In this document: piece after piece, positions 38,385 through 50,300 of the stretch
How positions within the stretch are numbered: position 1 is the stretch's first letter
Layout of the letters: each line of letters begins with the position of its first letter
Source of the DNA: Candidatus Spyradenecus sp.
Lineage (GTDB): Bacteria > Verrucomicrobiota > Kiritimatiellia > RFP12 > DVOR01
Assembly: GCA_045605345.1 (NCBI GenBank)
Contig: JAZUPT010000019.1
Location: forward strand, 64,603-128,602
Length of the DNA: 64,000 nucleotides
Direction: 5' to 3'
Made by a program: the position numbers and the translations under genes
Notes under the pieces: model-generated
What the model saw: only the letters and a program-made list of their open reading frames with translations
Databases searched by the model: none
Told to the model about the DNA's origin: nothing

Positions 38385-39456
38385 TGGTGGTCCTCGATGA
38401 CGGGGTGAAAGAGTCTGTGGATTTGTCCAATTGTTTGGCGAAAGCTTGTGCGCGCGCCACCTCATTCCGTGGGCAGATGAGGGTGACTTGCGGGGTGTGG
38501 GCGATAAATAAACCTTCCACACCTGAGAGGATGACCCGATGATTGGGGGTTGTTGAGAGGAGGGTGGTGTTTGCGGTATGATCGCATTGCCCACACCCCG
38601 CGATACGATTGCCCGCTGCATCTGCGGGAAGGTGACGTTCAATCGCATCAAAGGTGCCCGCATCATCCCAATCAAAGGTGCCACGTACCACCGAAAAGGC
38701 GGGGCAGGGTTCCATAATCGCATAGTCAAAGGCGATGGCAGGTAGTTGGGGATAAAATGCATCCGCCTTTGTAGGCGTCTCAATGAGGGGCAGAAATGCG
38801 GGAGCATCGGCACGAAAACGCGCATACAGCGTCTCGGCCGTCCAAACGAAAATCCCCGCATTCCAAAGGAAGTTGCCCGTGTTTAAGTAAGCCTTTGCGG
38901 TGGCAAGGTCGGGTTTTTCCGTAAACCCAGCACCCTTGCAGGTGCGGCATCCTGCGCGCGTTTCCAATGCGGTGCCGCAGGCGATATAACCATAAGCTGT
39001 GGCGGGTGCAGTGGGTTCAATCCCTACCGTGACAATTTCCTGTCGAGCCTCTGCCAATTCACAGGCGGCAGTGAGCGCCGCTTGAAAGGCTGTCGCATCT
39101 TGAATGAGATGGTCTGCGGGTAAGACCACACCGAGCGCATCGGGCGATTCTTGGCGAAGGTAACCGCAAGCATAGGCTAATGCCGCGGCGGTATTGCGCC
39201 CTTCGGGTTCACAGAGAATCTGCGCATCAGGGAAGTCGGGCACGGCTTCTCGAACAGCACCCCGCAATTCCTGCGCCGTGAGGATTCGCACGTGCTGCAA
39301 GGGGACAAACCCCTCAAGCCGTGCCAATGTTAATTCCAACAACGACTTCCCCCCAAACAACTTGATGAACGGCTTCCGACAGGCCGCCGATGAAAGCGGC
39401 CACAGACGCTCACCGCGTCCGCCTGCCAGAATAAAAACGTAAGGGGTGCCGTTCAT
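38377..39456 (-). CDS. manC: Mannose-1-phosphate guanylyltransferase-like nucleotidyltransferase
   Basis: YVFILAGGRGERLWPLS (G-rich NTP-transferase motif); about 360 aa with a C-terminal left-handed beta-helix-like region. Confidence 0.7.
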   Translation of the reverse strand: MNGTPYVFILAGGRGERLWPLSSAACRKPFIKLFGGKSLLELTLARLEGFVPLQHVRILTAQELRGAVREAVPDFPDAQILCEPEGRNTAAALAYACGYLRQESPDALGVVLPADHLIQDATAFQAALTAACELAEARQEIVTVGIEPTAPATAYGYIACGTALETRAGCRTCKGAGFTEKPDLATAKAYLNTGNFLWNAGIFVWTAETLYARFRADAPAFLPLIETPTKADAFYPQLPAIAFDYAIMEPCPAFSVVRGTFDWDDAGTFDAIERHLPADAAGNRIAGCGQCDHTANTTLLSTTPNHRVILSGVEGLFIAHTPQVTLICPRNEVARAQAFAKQLDKSTDSFTPSSRTTNE

Positions 39457-39470
39457 GTGGGGCGAGGTCC

Positions 39471-40547
39471 TTAGAGAATCAACATACAATCGCCGTAAGA
39501 GAAGAAGCGATACCGAGCTTTGACGGCCTCTTCATAGGCGGCCAAAACGCGTTCTCTTCCTGCCAAGGCCGAAATCATCATGATTAAGGTGGACTGCGGC
39601 AGGTGGAAATTGGTCAACATGACATCAATGGCCTTGAAGGTGTACGGCGGGTAAATGAAGGCAGTGCTGCTACCTTGTGTGGCGACAATTTCGCCATTGT
39701 TGAGCGAAGCAACCGTTTCAAGTGTACGCACCGAGGTGGAGCCCACTGCCACAATGCGTCCACCCGCGGCACGAGTTTCACGGATGGCGCGTGCCGTCTC
39801 TTCTGGGATTTCGTAGAATTCAGCATCCATGCGATGCTCTTCCACACGTTCAGCCTTGACGGGTTTAAAGGTGCCCGGCCCCACATGTAGCGTCACGAAG
39901 GCGCGACGCACGCCTGCCGCCTCAAGTTTTTCAAAGAGTTCATCGGTGAAGTGCAACCCTGCAGTAGGGGCAGCCACTGCGCCCACCTCCTTGGCATAAA
40001 CCGTTTGATAACGCTCCTTGTCGAGGCGCGCCATCTCGGGGTCGTTGGCATCGCGTCGAATATAGGGTGGCACGGGGGTGAGACCATACTGGTCCAACAA
40101 TGTCATCAATGGCTTGGCAGAGCGGAAGCAGACGAGGGAGTGTCCCTCTTCGTCCTTGTTGAGCACTTCGGCACGGAGTTGCTGCTCGGCGCAGAGGATG
40201 GTATGACCCGTACGTGACTTGCGTCCACTGCCGCACATGCAGCGCCATTGCGAGGTGAAGAGGCCCTCCACTTCGTGTTCGGTTTCGCAACAATTGAGGA
40301 GCAGTAATTCTGCTGCGCCACCAGTATCTTCCCAAGCACCGAGAATGCGTGCAGGGAAGACGCGCGTGTTGTTCAAAATCATCAAGTCGCCTGGACGTAA
40401 ATAGTCCACAATGTCGCTGATGGATTTGTGCTCAAGCGTGTTGGTCTCGCGGTTCAACACCATCATGCGCGAAGTGCCACGCACCTCTGGAGGGACCTGG
40501 GCGATGAGTTCTTCAGGGAGATTGTAATCAAAGTCTGCGGTGAGCAT
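39471..40547 (-). CDS. queA: S-adenosylmethionine:tRNA ribosyltransferase-isomerase
   Basis: MLTADFDYNLPEELIAQ ... GDLMILNNTRVFPARI ... and a conserved QueA C-terminal region. Confidence 0.85.
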   Translation of the reverse strand: MLTADFDYNLPEELIAQVPPEVRGTSRMMVLNRETNTLEHKSISDIVDYLRPGDLMILNNTRVFPARILGAWEDTGGAAELLLLNCCETEHEVEGLFTSQWRCMCGSGRKSRTGHTILCAEQQLRAEVLNKDEEGHSLVCFRSAKPLMTLLDQYGLTPVPPYIRRDANDPEMARLDKERYQTVYAKEVGAVAAPTAGLHFTDELFEKLEAAGVRRAFVTLHVGPGTFKPVKAERVEEHRMDAEFYEIPEETARAIRETRAAGGRIVAVGSTSVRTLETVASLNNGEIVATQGSSTAFIYPPYTFKAIDVMLTNFHLPQSTLIMMISALAGRERVLAAYEEAVKARYRFFSYGDCMLIL

Positions 40548-43353
40548 GGGTATCCTTTTGGAGGCAGGAGCCTTCTTCGGTGGCTTTTTTCACGGCGTCA
40601 CGATAACGATTCGCGACCTCCACCCCGAGGTCTTTCTCAATGATTTCTGCATAGCGAGCGGTGGCCACTGGGTGTAAGGGATAGTACCGCAGGCAGGTCT
40701 TAATCTCGCTTTCGGGGTCAGAGGAGGGAGGGAGATCCTTGGAGAGGATATAGGTCCAAAGTCGGTACTGACGCGGTTCAGAACGCAACCATCCCTCACA
40801 CACGGTGCGAGCGCGAGTGGGGTTTTCCTTAATTAGGCTTTCTAAGACACGGCAGCTAAGCTCTTGAGCGAGTGCAGGCGTCTTGGCAAGGCGTTCACGA
40901 ACGTTGAAGCTGCCGACGAATTTGACCGCCTCTTCGAGTTTGTTCTCAGCCAAGAGGGCATTGACGTAGTAGAGCGCATAGGCGAAGGTGCCATCGCGCA
41001 GGAAGAAGGACTGCATCTTGTCGGCAATGCGTTCACGTAGACGCGAGTTCTTTTCACGGAAGAGGGTGTAGAGCGCATCGTTGTCACTGAAGAAACGCTT
41101 GTTTTGTTGGTAGAGTTCGTCCGTCTTTGGGTGGTTGGGGTAGAGGCAGAAGAAGAGTTCCCAATCGGTTTCAGAGAGGGTATTTTGGGCCAAGAGTTGT
41201 GCCACTTCGTCTGCGGGAAGGTGGAGAATCGCCACGGCACGTTCAGGACGAGAGAGTTGGCTTGGGTCAGTTCGATAGAGCGCAAGAATCTCGGTCAAGA
41301 CGGCAGGCGCATTGCCTAATTGAAATCTTCTCAGACGGCTTGCCGAACAGAATCCCGGTGCACGCACAGGGCCATAGCGGTGTTCGAAGAGAAGGGCCGT
41401 GTGCTCAGAGGGTTGGCGCAGTTCTGGGCGCGCTTCCAAGACATCGCGGGCGGCATTGCGTTCGGCCTGTGTAATTGCGACGCCTTCGTGTTCCAACGCG
41501 GCGAGAGAGAGTGGAATGCTCGGGTTCTCAGGGTCAAGTGCGTGGGCGAGGCGCAGATGGGTGGCGGCCGCTTCGGGCTCTGCTCCAATGGCACAGGCGG
41601 CATGTTCTCGGGCGGCGAGTTGGTTCAATAAGAGCGTGCAGTGGTTGCCAATCGCCGTCTCTCCAAGCGTGGTTTCCTTCAAGAGCTTTGCCGCTTGGGC
41701 AGCATTGGTGGAGGTCTTGCGCGGGGGGAGTTGCTTTAAGATGCCGAGCTCAGGCGCAGTGGCAAGCAGATATTGGCGCAGGGGTTCCACGCCAACGTGT
41801 GTCAGGTTACGAATTAAAGGATCATGTGCCGCCACGTTTTTGAGGAAGGGGTGGTGATCCAATGATGCCGGCGTGAGCGTAGAGAAGGTTTCTGCTTGAG
41901 GTTGAATCGGTCTTCCGGAGATGTAACGGCGCGCCACGATGCCGAGTGTGTCTGGGTGATGCGTCATCCAGAGTGTAGCGGTTTCGGGGACGAGTTCATC
42001 TAAAAGCGGCGCAATGGCATGCATCGCCGTGCGGGCGGGCAGACCAGAGGCAGCAGGGGCATTTTTAATCGCAGAGTAAATCGCGAGGGTGCCAGAAAAG
42101 GCAAAGGTAAGGAGTAGGGCAATCAATCGAAACTTCGCACGAGACCAATGGACACGTTCGCCAAAACCGGTGTGTAACCACGACCCGAAGAGCACGCCAA
42201 TGCAGAGGGGCAACATAAAGCCTGCCACCAAGGCCATCGCATCGGGTTCGCAGAAGAGTTCCCATGCCGATTCGGGCCACTGCAAGAGCATCGCAATCAA
42301 AAGCCCGACGCAGGCGACTTGCCCAATGATTGGTGAGCCAAATTTGAGATAGGCGTGGGGGAAGCAACCGAAGAAGAGTGCCGCCGCAGAGAGGAAGATG
42401 ATGAGCGGGGCTAATCCTTCAAATGCGGTAAAGCGAGGCACTAACCCAAGGAGCCCCGTCATGAAGTGTTGGCCCCAGAGTGCGACGCCATTGGGGAGGG
42501 GCATCTGAGCCGCGTTCAGGACGCGCGCCCACCCCGCCGTGACCGCGATGGAGAGCAGGATCCCCACCACTAATCCTGCGCCAGCAGAGAGCAAGTAGGC
42601 GCCCCGTCCTTCTGCTTCATTGTGCAAAAAGATCCCACTCGCCAAAATAAAGGCAAAGAGTGAAACGGGCGTAAGTTCGGGTTGCGTAAAGGTGATAAAG
42701 GCAATGAATGCATAGGTGAGCGCAAGCAGGATGCAGTGACGCGCTTCAGGTAGACGGCTTAAAAGGTAACATTGGGTCGCTCGCCAACGAAACTCAAGGG
42801 CAAACGTAATCATGCAGGTCACCGCCAGCGCCGTTAAGGCTTGCGGGTAGGGGCGTGTGGCAATCGCCCAAATCGGAAGCGTGGCCAAAGCAAGCAAAGC
42901 CGTGGCGATGCCCGTCTCAAAGGAGACGTGCGAAATGGCAAAGAGTGCGCGGTCAAGTTCGTTATCGCGAATGCCTGTCAGGTCGACGCACGCATGGCGA
43001 GAGGTGGCAATTGCACAACGGAAAAGGCAGGCCACAATTCCCGCCCCAATCGCGGCATAGATGAGTCCCACAAAGAGCGTGAGATGATCATAGGGTAAAA
43101 GCGTAGCCAACGAACGAAGCACAATGGTATCCAAGGGTGCCGTCAAAATGTCGGGCGCTGAACCTGGATAACAAATCGCAGAAAAATATTCTGCGGAAAG
43201 TCCTGGGTAAGGTGTGAATGCAGACGTGCCGACATAAAAGAGCAATGCAACGACAAAAATGCCGACCGTCCAAAACAGATTCACGCTATGGCGTTTAAGA
43301 ATGTCAATCATAAGGCTATCTGTGTCATCATTAAGAAAACTAAACGCACTCAT
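40528..43353 (-). CDS. Large polytopic membrane protein with a C-terminal TPR-like domain (DUF2723 / O-mannosyltransferase-like)
   Basis: 941 aa with about 11 or more predicted transmembrane helices in the N-terminal 500 aa, then a helical-repeat C-terminal domain. Confidence 0.5.
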   Translation of the reverse strand: MSAFSFLNDDTDSLMIDILKRHSVNLFWTVGIFVVALLFYVGTSAFTPYPGLSAEYFSAICYPGSAPDILTAPLDTIVLRSLATLLPYDHLTLFVGLIYAAIGAGIVACLFRCAIATSRHACVDLTGIRDNELDRALFAISHVSFETGIATALLALATLPIWAIATRPYPQALTALAVTCMITFALEFRWRATQCYLLSRLPEARHCILLALTYAFIAFITFTQPELTPVSLFAFILASGIFLHNEAEGRGAYLLSAGAGLVVGILLSIAVTAGWARVLNAAQMPLPNGVALWGQHFMTGLLGLVPRFTAFEGLAPLIIFLSAAALFFGCFPHAYLKFGSPIIGQVACVGLLIAMLLQWPESAWELFCEPDAMALVAGFMLPLCIGVLFGSWLHTGFGERVHWSRAKFRLIALLLTFAFSGTLAIYSAIKNAPAASGLPARTAMHAIAPLLDELVPETATLWMTHHPDTLGIVARRYISGRPIQPQAETFSTLTPASLDHHPFLKNVAAHDPLIRNLTHVGVEPLRQYLLATAPELGILKQLPPRKTSTNAAQAAKLLKETTLGETAIGNHCTLLLNQLAAREHAACAIGAEPEAAATHLRLAHALDPENPSIPLSLAALEHEGVAITQAERNAARDVLEARPELRQPSEHTALLFEHRYGPVRAPGFCSASRLRRFQLGNAPAVLTEILALYRTDPSQLSRPERAVAILHLPADEVAQLLAQNTLSETDWELFFCLYPNHPKTDELYQQNKRFFSDNDALYTLFREKNSRLRERIADKMQSFFLRDGTFAYALYYVNALLAENKLEEAVKFVGSFNVRERLAKTPALAQELSCRVLESLIKENPTRARTVCEGWLRSEPRQYRLWTYILSKDLPPSSDPESEIKTCLRYYPLHPVATARYAEIIEKDLGVEVANRYRDAVKKATEEGSCLQKDTHAHRRL

Positions 43354-43609
43354 TATACCATAAAAAGCGCGCCCGCGAGAGCACGCTCATTGGAACTAGA
43401 ATCGCTCACGAATGAATAATCTTTGGCGACTGGGATTTAGCCTCCTGCAACTACCAACTGTAGTAAAGCCACTGCTAATTTCTTCTCTCTACACACACTA
43501 AGAGTGTAGCAAAAGGAAGACAAGTCGTCAACTCCGTTCACTCAAGTCAGTTAAACTCCCGCGGAAAGTAGGCGGCTTTCCCTTGGGAAAATGGGCGACT
43601 TTAGCCACC

Positions 43610-43700
43610 CGATTTCGTCTATTTTGCTCACCAATTTCGCCTATATTGCTCACCAACTTCGCTTATTTTGCAACTCAATTTCACTTATATTGACCCGGAA
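43610..43700. promoter_or_regulatory. About 3.5 tandem 23-bp repeats, plus three TTGTTGATAACT motifs further downstream (43729-43955)
   Basis: TTCGTCTATTTTGCTCACCAA / TTCGCCTATATTGCTCACCAA / CTTCGCTTATTTTGCAACTCAA / TTTCACTTATATTGACC, in the AT-rich 900-bp region upstream of the giant gene. Confidence 0.4.
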
Positions 43701-44304
43701 TTCCTTTAGCTTTCCCCAAAAAAGCTCCCAATTGTTGATAACTTTTCTACCACTTCTACCCCAAATTTTCGCAAGGAAGCCGCTGTAGCGGAGTTGATTT
43801 CGCCCCATTTTTGCATTATCTCTTTATTTCTCAATGCGTTATGCAGTTTCAACAAGGTTGAGCAAAAGTGCCGAAAATCTGCCAATCCGTAGAAGAATTT
43901 TCCAAAAACTGCGTCAAAAAAACCGCATTGTTGATAACTCGTTGATAACTCAAAAAAGTTTTCAACAAGCGAAAAATCGATGAAATTTTCGAAAAAGTGA
44001 TGGTTTCGCGCACGAGATTTTAAGGGACAAAAGGGATGAAAGGGAGGAGGAAAGAGACAGTTACCGCGAACGCAGTTTTAGAGAAGTGACAATCAGGTCC
44101 ATGAGCCCCCGCTCAAACAAGTTCCTTTTCCTATTTCAAATAGTCTCTTTTAATTGTGATTTTCGCCTTTCAAAGATGCTTCCTCCTTGGCGAGCTGCGG
44201 ATGATCCATTCGCGCTTGGGAAACATTTCTATCAACTTCTCGTATGTATAATTATTGATTTATAAATCATTTTGAGTTATAGTGGTAATAGGATTGAGGT
44301 GAGC

Positions 44305-47300
44305 ATGAACACATTCTTCCTTTTTCGTGCGACTATCACATTGCTCTTCGCAATATTCACATATCACACTCTTTTTGCAGAGGGCGACTTCCTTGGGCCG
44401 CCGCTACCCAATCTATCTCCTGAAGATGAAACAGAATTACCGAATGAGGGAAGTGATGATAATGAAGATGCGCCTGTTGAGGAGAATACACCAACTTCAT
44501 TAGCACTTATTGATTACTCGTCTTTTTTTAATCATTATGATTGGAGCACGTGGGATGAACGCATCGCAACATGGTATTCAAATTGTCATGATGCTGCTTT
44601 AATGACTCCACCGCTTCCATTAGGCACAAGAATGCATCATGCCCTTGGTGTTGAAGAAGTTTTTCCTCCCTTTGATGAGTTTTGCCCAAATTTAGAAGCG
44701 ATTGTCGTAGGAGATATTCAAACGTGGCAAGTTCGTGTAGAGGAGCACATTAATGCAGAAGGAGAACGCTCCTTTTGGACGCTCATTGGGAATGTCATTG
44801 TTCATAAGTTGCCATCACCAATGACATTTAATCCAACGAATTGGATTTGTTCTCTTTATGAAGATAATCTTCCTACGTGGCTTTTTGAAGACGAAGAGCA
44901 AACAACGGAGTGGTTGAGTATACGTGACCGAAGTCGCCTTGCAATTACATTAACAATCTTGCCGACAGGAATGCTCTCGACTTACAATACGGTCATGATT
45001 GAACTTGCAGAAGCCGAGCGTGTCAAGCGCGAGGAAGCGCAACAAGACCCTACCGCCTTTGCTTTTACACGGATTGATGTATCAGATAAAGATGTCTTTT
45101 TTGAATTTTACAACCCACTTAATGTTCGACTAAACCTACTGACAAGGGTGCGCCTTGATGAGCCGTGGGCATTATTTGGGGAGGTAGGTGAAACATCTTC
45201 TTTAGGTTACACATCAATTACATTCCCGCGACAAGAAAAAAATGACCCACCCTTTTTCCGTATCGTTGATGCCGTCACAGATACGGACGGTGATGGTTTG
45301 GCGGACGGTCTTGAACTCAATTATTTTAAGAGTGACCCCACCAAACAAGATTCTTCTGGCTCAGGGATTAGCGATTGGGATAAAGTGTATGTTTATAAGC
45401 TTGATCCAAGCGTACGCGATTCTGATGGTGACGGGTTAATTGATGGCGAAGAGATTCACATTGGGACAAATCCACAAGTTGCTGATAGCGATGGCGATGG
45501 GTTAAATGATGCAGAGGAAGTTAATAGCCTTCAACCCGCAGTAGCGTTTACTTGGATTCCAATAACGGCCTCTATTTTAACAAATCCCACGACGGAGTGC
45601 ATTGAGATTATATTGCCATCTGCGGTCAGTTTCGCCGGACATTTGTATGACAAGGTTATTATTGACACTGTGGGTAAACTAACACTCTCGCATACGTCTA
45701 TAGGAGATTCAGTTGATGAATTGATTATTTCAGGACATAGCAATCATCCCTATCTTTCAATTGATGCAGAATCAGACATTCTGTTTGAAGCGACAACATT
45801 TAATGATGTCCCCTGTTTTGTTTTTTCTTTTGTTAATTTAATTTTTGACGATGAGCGAAAAAGTTCTAATCACATCACATTTCAGATTGTATTGAGTTCA
45901 ATGTTCCCTAATCGTGTTTGGATTAACTATCTCGATATTGGTAAAGATAAATGGAATAATGGTGCAATTGCACAAATTCAAAATAAAACAAAGAAATCTT
46001 CTATCACGTTCCCCTACCTAAATGAAGGCACACTTACCACGCAAATCTCACTTGAGGGACGTTTTGGCTATGGCACCAATCCACATCTACCAGACAGTGA
46101 TGCCGATGGGTTATTGGACGGTGTTGAGATTAAAGAGGCGGGAAGTTCGCCTTTAATTGCCGACACCGACAAGGACTCCTTGTCTGATGGCAAAGAATTC
46201 TGTCACTATCACACCTCGCCAGTGTTGATTGACACCGATGGCGACACATTGCCTGATGCATGGGAAATTCAACATGGATTAGACCCCTGCTCAACAAATG
46301 GCAATCATGGACGTTTAGGAGATCCAGATGGAGACCGGCTGCCGAATGAGCTTGAGATGGAATACCAAACGTCTCCGACCCTTGCCGATTCCGATAGGGA
46401 CGGGCTGTCCGATTCGCACGAGGTTGGTCAAATTACTACTGAGAATGTTAATGAGACGCGTTCTGGGACAGTGCTTCATTCACTAAGCCATAGTTCAAAT
46501 GCAGATTCATTAGTCGCAACATTTTCACTCCCCTCTGCAATTCGCTTTAATACTACGTCTTACTCTAAGATCTTAATTTCATTGGATGGTCACATTCTTT
46601 TATTTAATGATGACGAAAATTTCTCTGAACTGTCTTATTCAAACATAAAATTAACGGGACTGAAGAGTTGCGCAACAGCTCTTATTATTGCAGCCTTCTG
46701 GGATGATTTGTATTATTTCGGCAATGAAACACGCATCACATTGGAAGAAACGGAGGATTCTTATCTTGTTCGCTATCAAGATGTTGGGTTATATGATTTT
46801 AAGTCAAACCAATCGGTTGTAGGTACGTTTGTTATTACGCTTCCTAAAAATGCCAATCCTTCTATTTCAATCACATACTCCAATTTTTCCTCTTCTTTTA
46901 CATGTCAAAGTGCGACCATCGGTGTTCGCACTGCATCTCTAAGTCGTGATATTGGACATAAAGTGTACCAATACACTTTTAACCAGGCAGTAGTACTCAA
47001 TAATACTACGGTGAATTTTTTAATAGGAAGTGGCACAGACCCCAACCTTTCCGACACCGATAATGATGGCATCTTGGATAGTGAGGAACTTGCCATCAAC
47101 ACCTCACCCTTTAGCGCCGACGACGATTTAGATGGACTACCTGATGGTTGGGAAATACAGTATTCGCTTAACCCAAAGTTTGCGAGTGGCAATCATGGCG
47201 CTAATGGAGACCTCGATGGAGATTTTCTGCGAAACTTAGATGAATACCGCGCAGGTTCCTCTCCCTTACACAGTGACACTGATAATGACGGTCTACTGGA

Positions 47301-50300
47301 TATTCAAGAGTTTGGTGGAGTCGCATTACAGTATAACGCGTCATGGATAACTACACCAAGTTCAATGACTAACATTATGTCTCGATTTAAAAGTACTTCC
47401 ACGGGATACGTTACGATTGATTGTAGTGATGCGCCATTTCAGTTTTTGAACACAAATTACACCACGATGTCTATCAATCTTAATGGACGAATTGACTTAT
47501 TTAATGATGATGTGTCGCCATCAGGATTAGCCACGAAAGGTCCAAAAGACTACTACACATGTGAGTCACAACAAAATCATATTTTGTTAGCCCCAGCATC
47601 GGGCGATCTATTTCTTTCATCATCCTCTTCCATTCTTTATGGAGAAACCGTTCTGAATGGGAAGGTATATGTTGTGGTGGAGTATCAACAGATGGGGGAT
47701 TATTGGAATAATGCAGACCTTGCCAATCATCAAATTTCGGCTCAGATTCTAATTCCTCGCGTCATCTCTCCCATTGAGCCGATTATCATCAATTACAAGA
47801 ATGTCGCGGGCAATCTATCACGAGAGCGACTCTCCGTAGGCTTTACAACACCAACACATTCAAAAGGGCGCGGTTTCGTTTTTAGTGAAAACCGACCGCT
47901 ATCCTCACCCGAAAGTGTTGCATTATTCCTTGGGATTGGCACATCGGCCTCAAATACAGATAGCGATTGCGATGGAATTAGTGATGGAGATGAATACAAC
48001 TATGGTACAAATGCTATTCAACCAGACACAGATGGAGATGGATTGTCTGATGGCTGGGAAATGCAACATGCTTATAATCCCCTCGTTCACAATGAAACAG
48101 ACGCGATTGTAGGCAATGAAAGAGATGCTGACCCAGATGAGGATGGCTTAACCAACCAGGAAGAAGAGTGTTTTAAAACGGTTCCAAAACAAACCGATAG
48201 TGATGGTGATGGCGTAAGTGATAAGACGGAAATTGACCAATGCAGTCATCCAATGAATGCTCAGGATGAAGGGATTCCAATGACGTATTATCCGGTCACC
48301 TTCGAATTCGGCGATTGGAGCACAAGTCATTCTGAAAAATATTATTTAACAATTAGGCCATTGGGAGAAGCCGCTTCAAATGAAAGTAAAATTGGGTGGG
48401 TCAACCTTGAATATGGTCAAGTTGAAACAAAGATTGCGCTTCTTAAAAAAGGTACAACATATGAAGTGTCACTCACGCATGCGAGTTCAAACCAAAGCGA
48501 ACCAGACTTAGACTACACCCTCAATATTAAATCTCCCAATGGTAGCGGACTCATCATTACAGACGCTATTACATCCCCCTTGGGAGCGTTTGCTGAATCC
48601 GAATGGGACTCCTCCGATCGTCTGTTTAAATTAACACTTGCAGGAGGCGATATTTACTGTGACATCAATCGAGATGGTCAAATAGAACAAGCAGTTGATG
48701 GCATTGCTACTCGAAGTGGAAAGAAGGTGCTTCATCATTGGTCCAACGACGATTATGACGTAGGGAACTGTAGCGATGACAAGGGTGCAACAGACATCCC
48801 TAAGGGAAACCAAAGCATTTTTAACGGAAATGACTTAAATTATCGTGATGGCACTGTTAATGGACGAGCCGACCTATTAGATTTTGTTCCCCTTTGGTTT
48901 GATATCGCTGATTTAATTAATGCGTGTCCGATGACGCAAGACTACACGTATACATTGTCATCAACGCTTGAAGTCGGCATTGTTTTTACCGAATTAGCCG
49001 CCAATGATGTCTTTAGTTGGCAGACCTCTGATGTGATAACCTACGACAAGCAAGGGGACGAGACACCCTCACATGAAGCCTCCGTCTACCCGATTGATGA
49101 CGCAGGTTTAGAGCTTAACCAAACGCTACTCAACCATTTAACAACTGGCATTGTGATGCTTGAAGGTAACGAACCAGGAGAAGGAGAATTAAAGCTTACG
49201 GTTTTGAAAGATGATATACTTATTTCCGAAATCGCATTTCAATTCAAGATTGTTGAAGTTGAAAACATGTACCGTACCATTGACATCACTTCAATGCCAC
49301 ATACCGTTGCTAAGCCAAGTGCGCCGACAGGATTAGCAGACTCCTATTTTGCGGAAAACACGCCTTACCTTTTCTTCTTGCATGGGTTTAATGTAACACC
49401 TAACACAGCGCGAGGATGGCAAGCAGAAATGTTTAAACGTTTGTGGCAGACTGGGTGTGATATGAAATTCGTTGGCGTAACGTGGTTTGGTGAAGAGGGT
49501 GTATTTGAGGCTTTTCGTTACCAAGAAAATGTCCGCAACGCACTTCTGTCAGGCGAATCATTCGCAGCATTGATGTCGCATTACAGTCAAGATAAAACGG
49601 TCGTAATGGCTCATAGCTTAGGCAATATGGTCGTCTCTTCTGCGTTTCAATTCTATGGCGCGACGTGTGACACCTTTATGATGCTTAATGCTGCAATCCC
49701 AAGCGAAGCTTTTGGGGCAACAGTTTCTAATGCTGACGAATACGTGAACTGTTTCGAAAGCGAGCAGCTCTTTGTTCCCGAGTCGTGGCACTCCTATCCC
49801 TGCAAGTCGTGGAGTGTTAATTGGCATAAACTCTTTTCCGCTGACGAAAAAGAGTCTAAATTAACATGGCGCAACGCATTCAAAGATGTCCCAACGAAAA
49901 CAACGGTCTATAACTTCTATTCCTCTGAAGATGAAGTCTTTGAACTTCACCACACGGTCCCATCAATGTTATCAGGAACAGAATTTGATCTTGCTTGGCC
50001 CTACATTGATTGGACTTTCCCTTATCTCCATCTACTATCGTCAATCCGAGTTGAAGCATCCCGCTATGCTTGGCATAAACAAGAAGTGTTTAAGGGAATG
50101 AATGGCCCCATTGGAACAAAAGGTGGTGGATGGTCATTCCATTGTCGCGAGCGTGGATTTAAGGTTTACCCAACGGGTGACGACGCGAGAAATGCAACAG
50201 ATACGCGATTACGGACGCGCCCCGTCTTTTCTACACGCGAAACCCCCTTCTTACGTAATGTGTCACAATACTCCGATGAAGAGTACTTCACACTCCTCGC

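Noticed and set aside
37647-38861. The 404-aa minus-strand ORF as a single gene.
   Set aside because: Its N-terminal 160 aa are Pro/Arg-rich frame read-through overlapping the manC-like gene's 3' end. A lipoprotein start (MSKFPLLVSLTIALLGWSGC) at 38384 is much more plausible.
43354-43600. A tRNA gene at the left boundary of the low-GC island, as an integration target.
   Set aside because: I found no cloverleaf-compatible sequence or T-loop GTTCRANYC motif in this region or elsewhere in the window. The ACACACTAAGAGTGT palindrome there is a simple hairpin.
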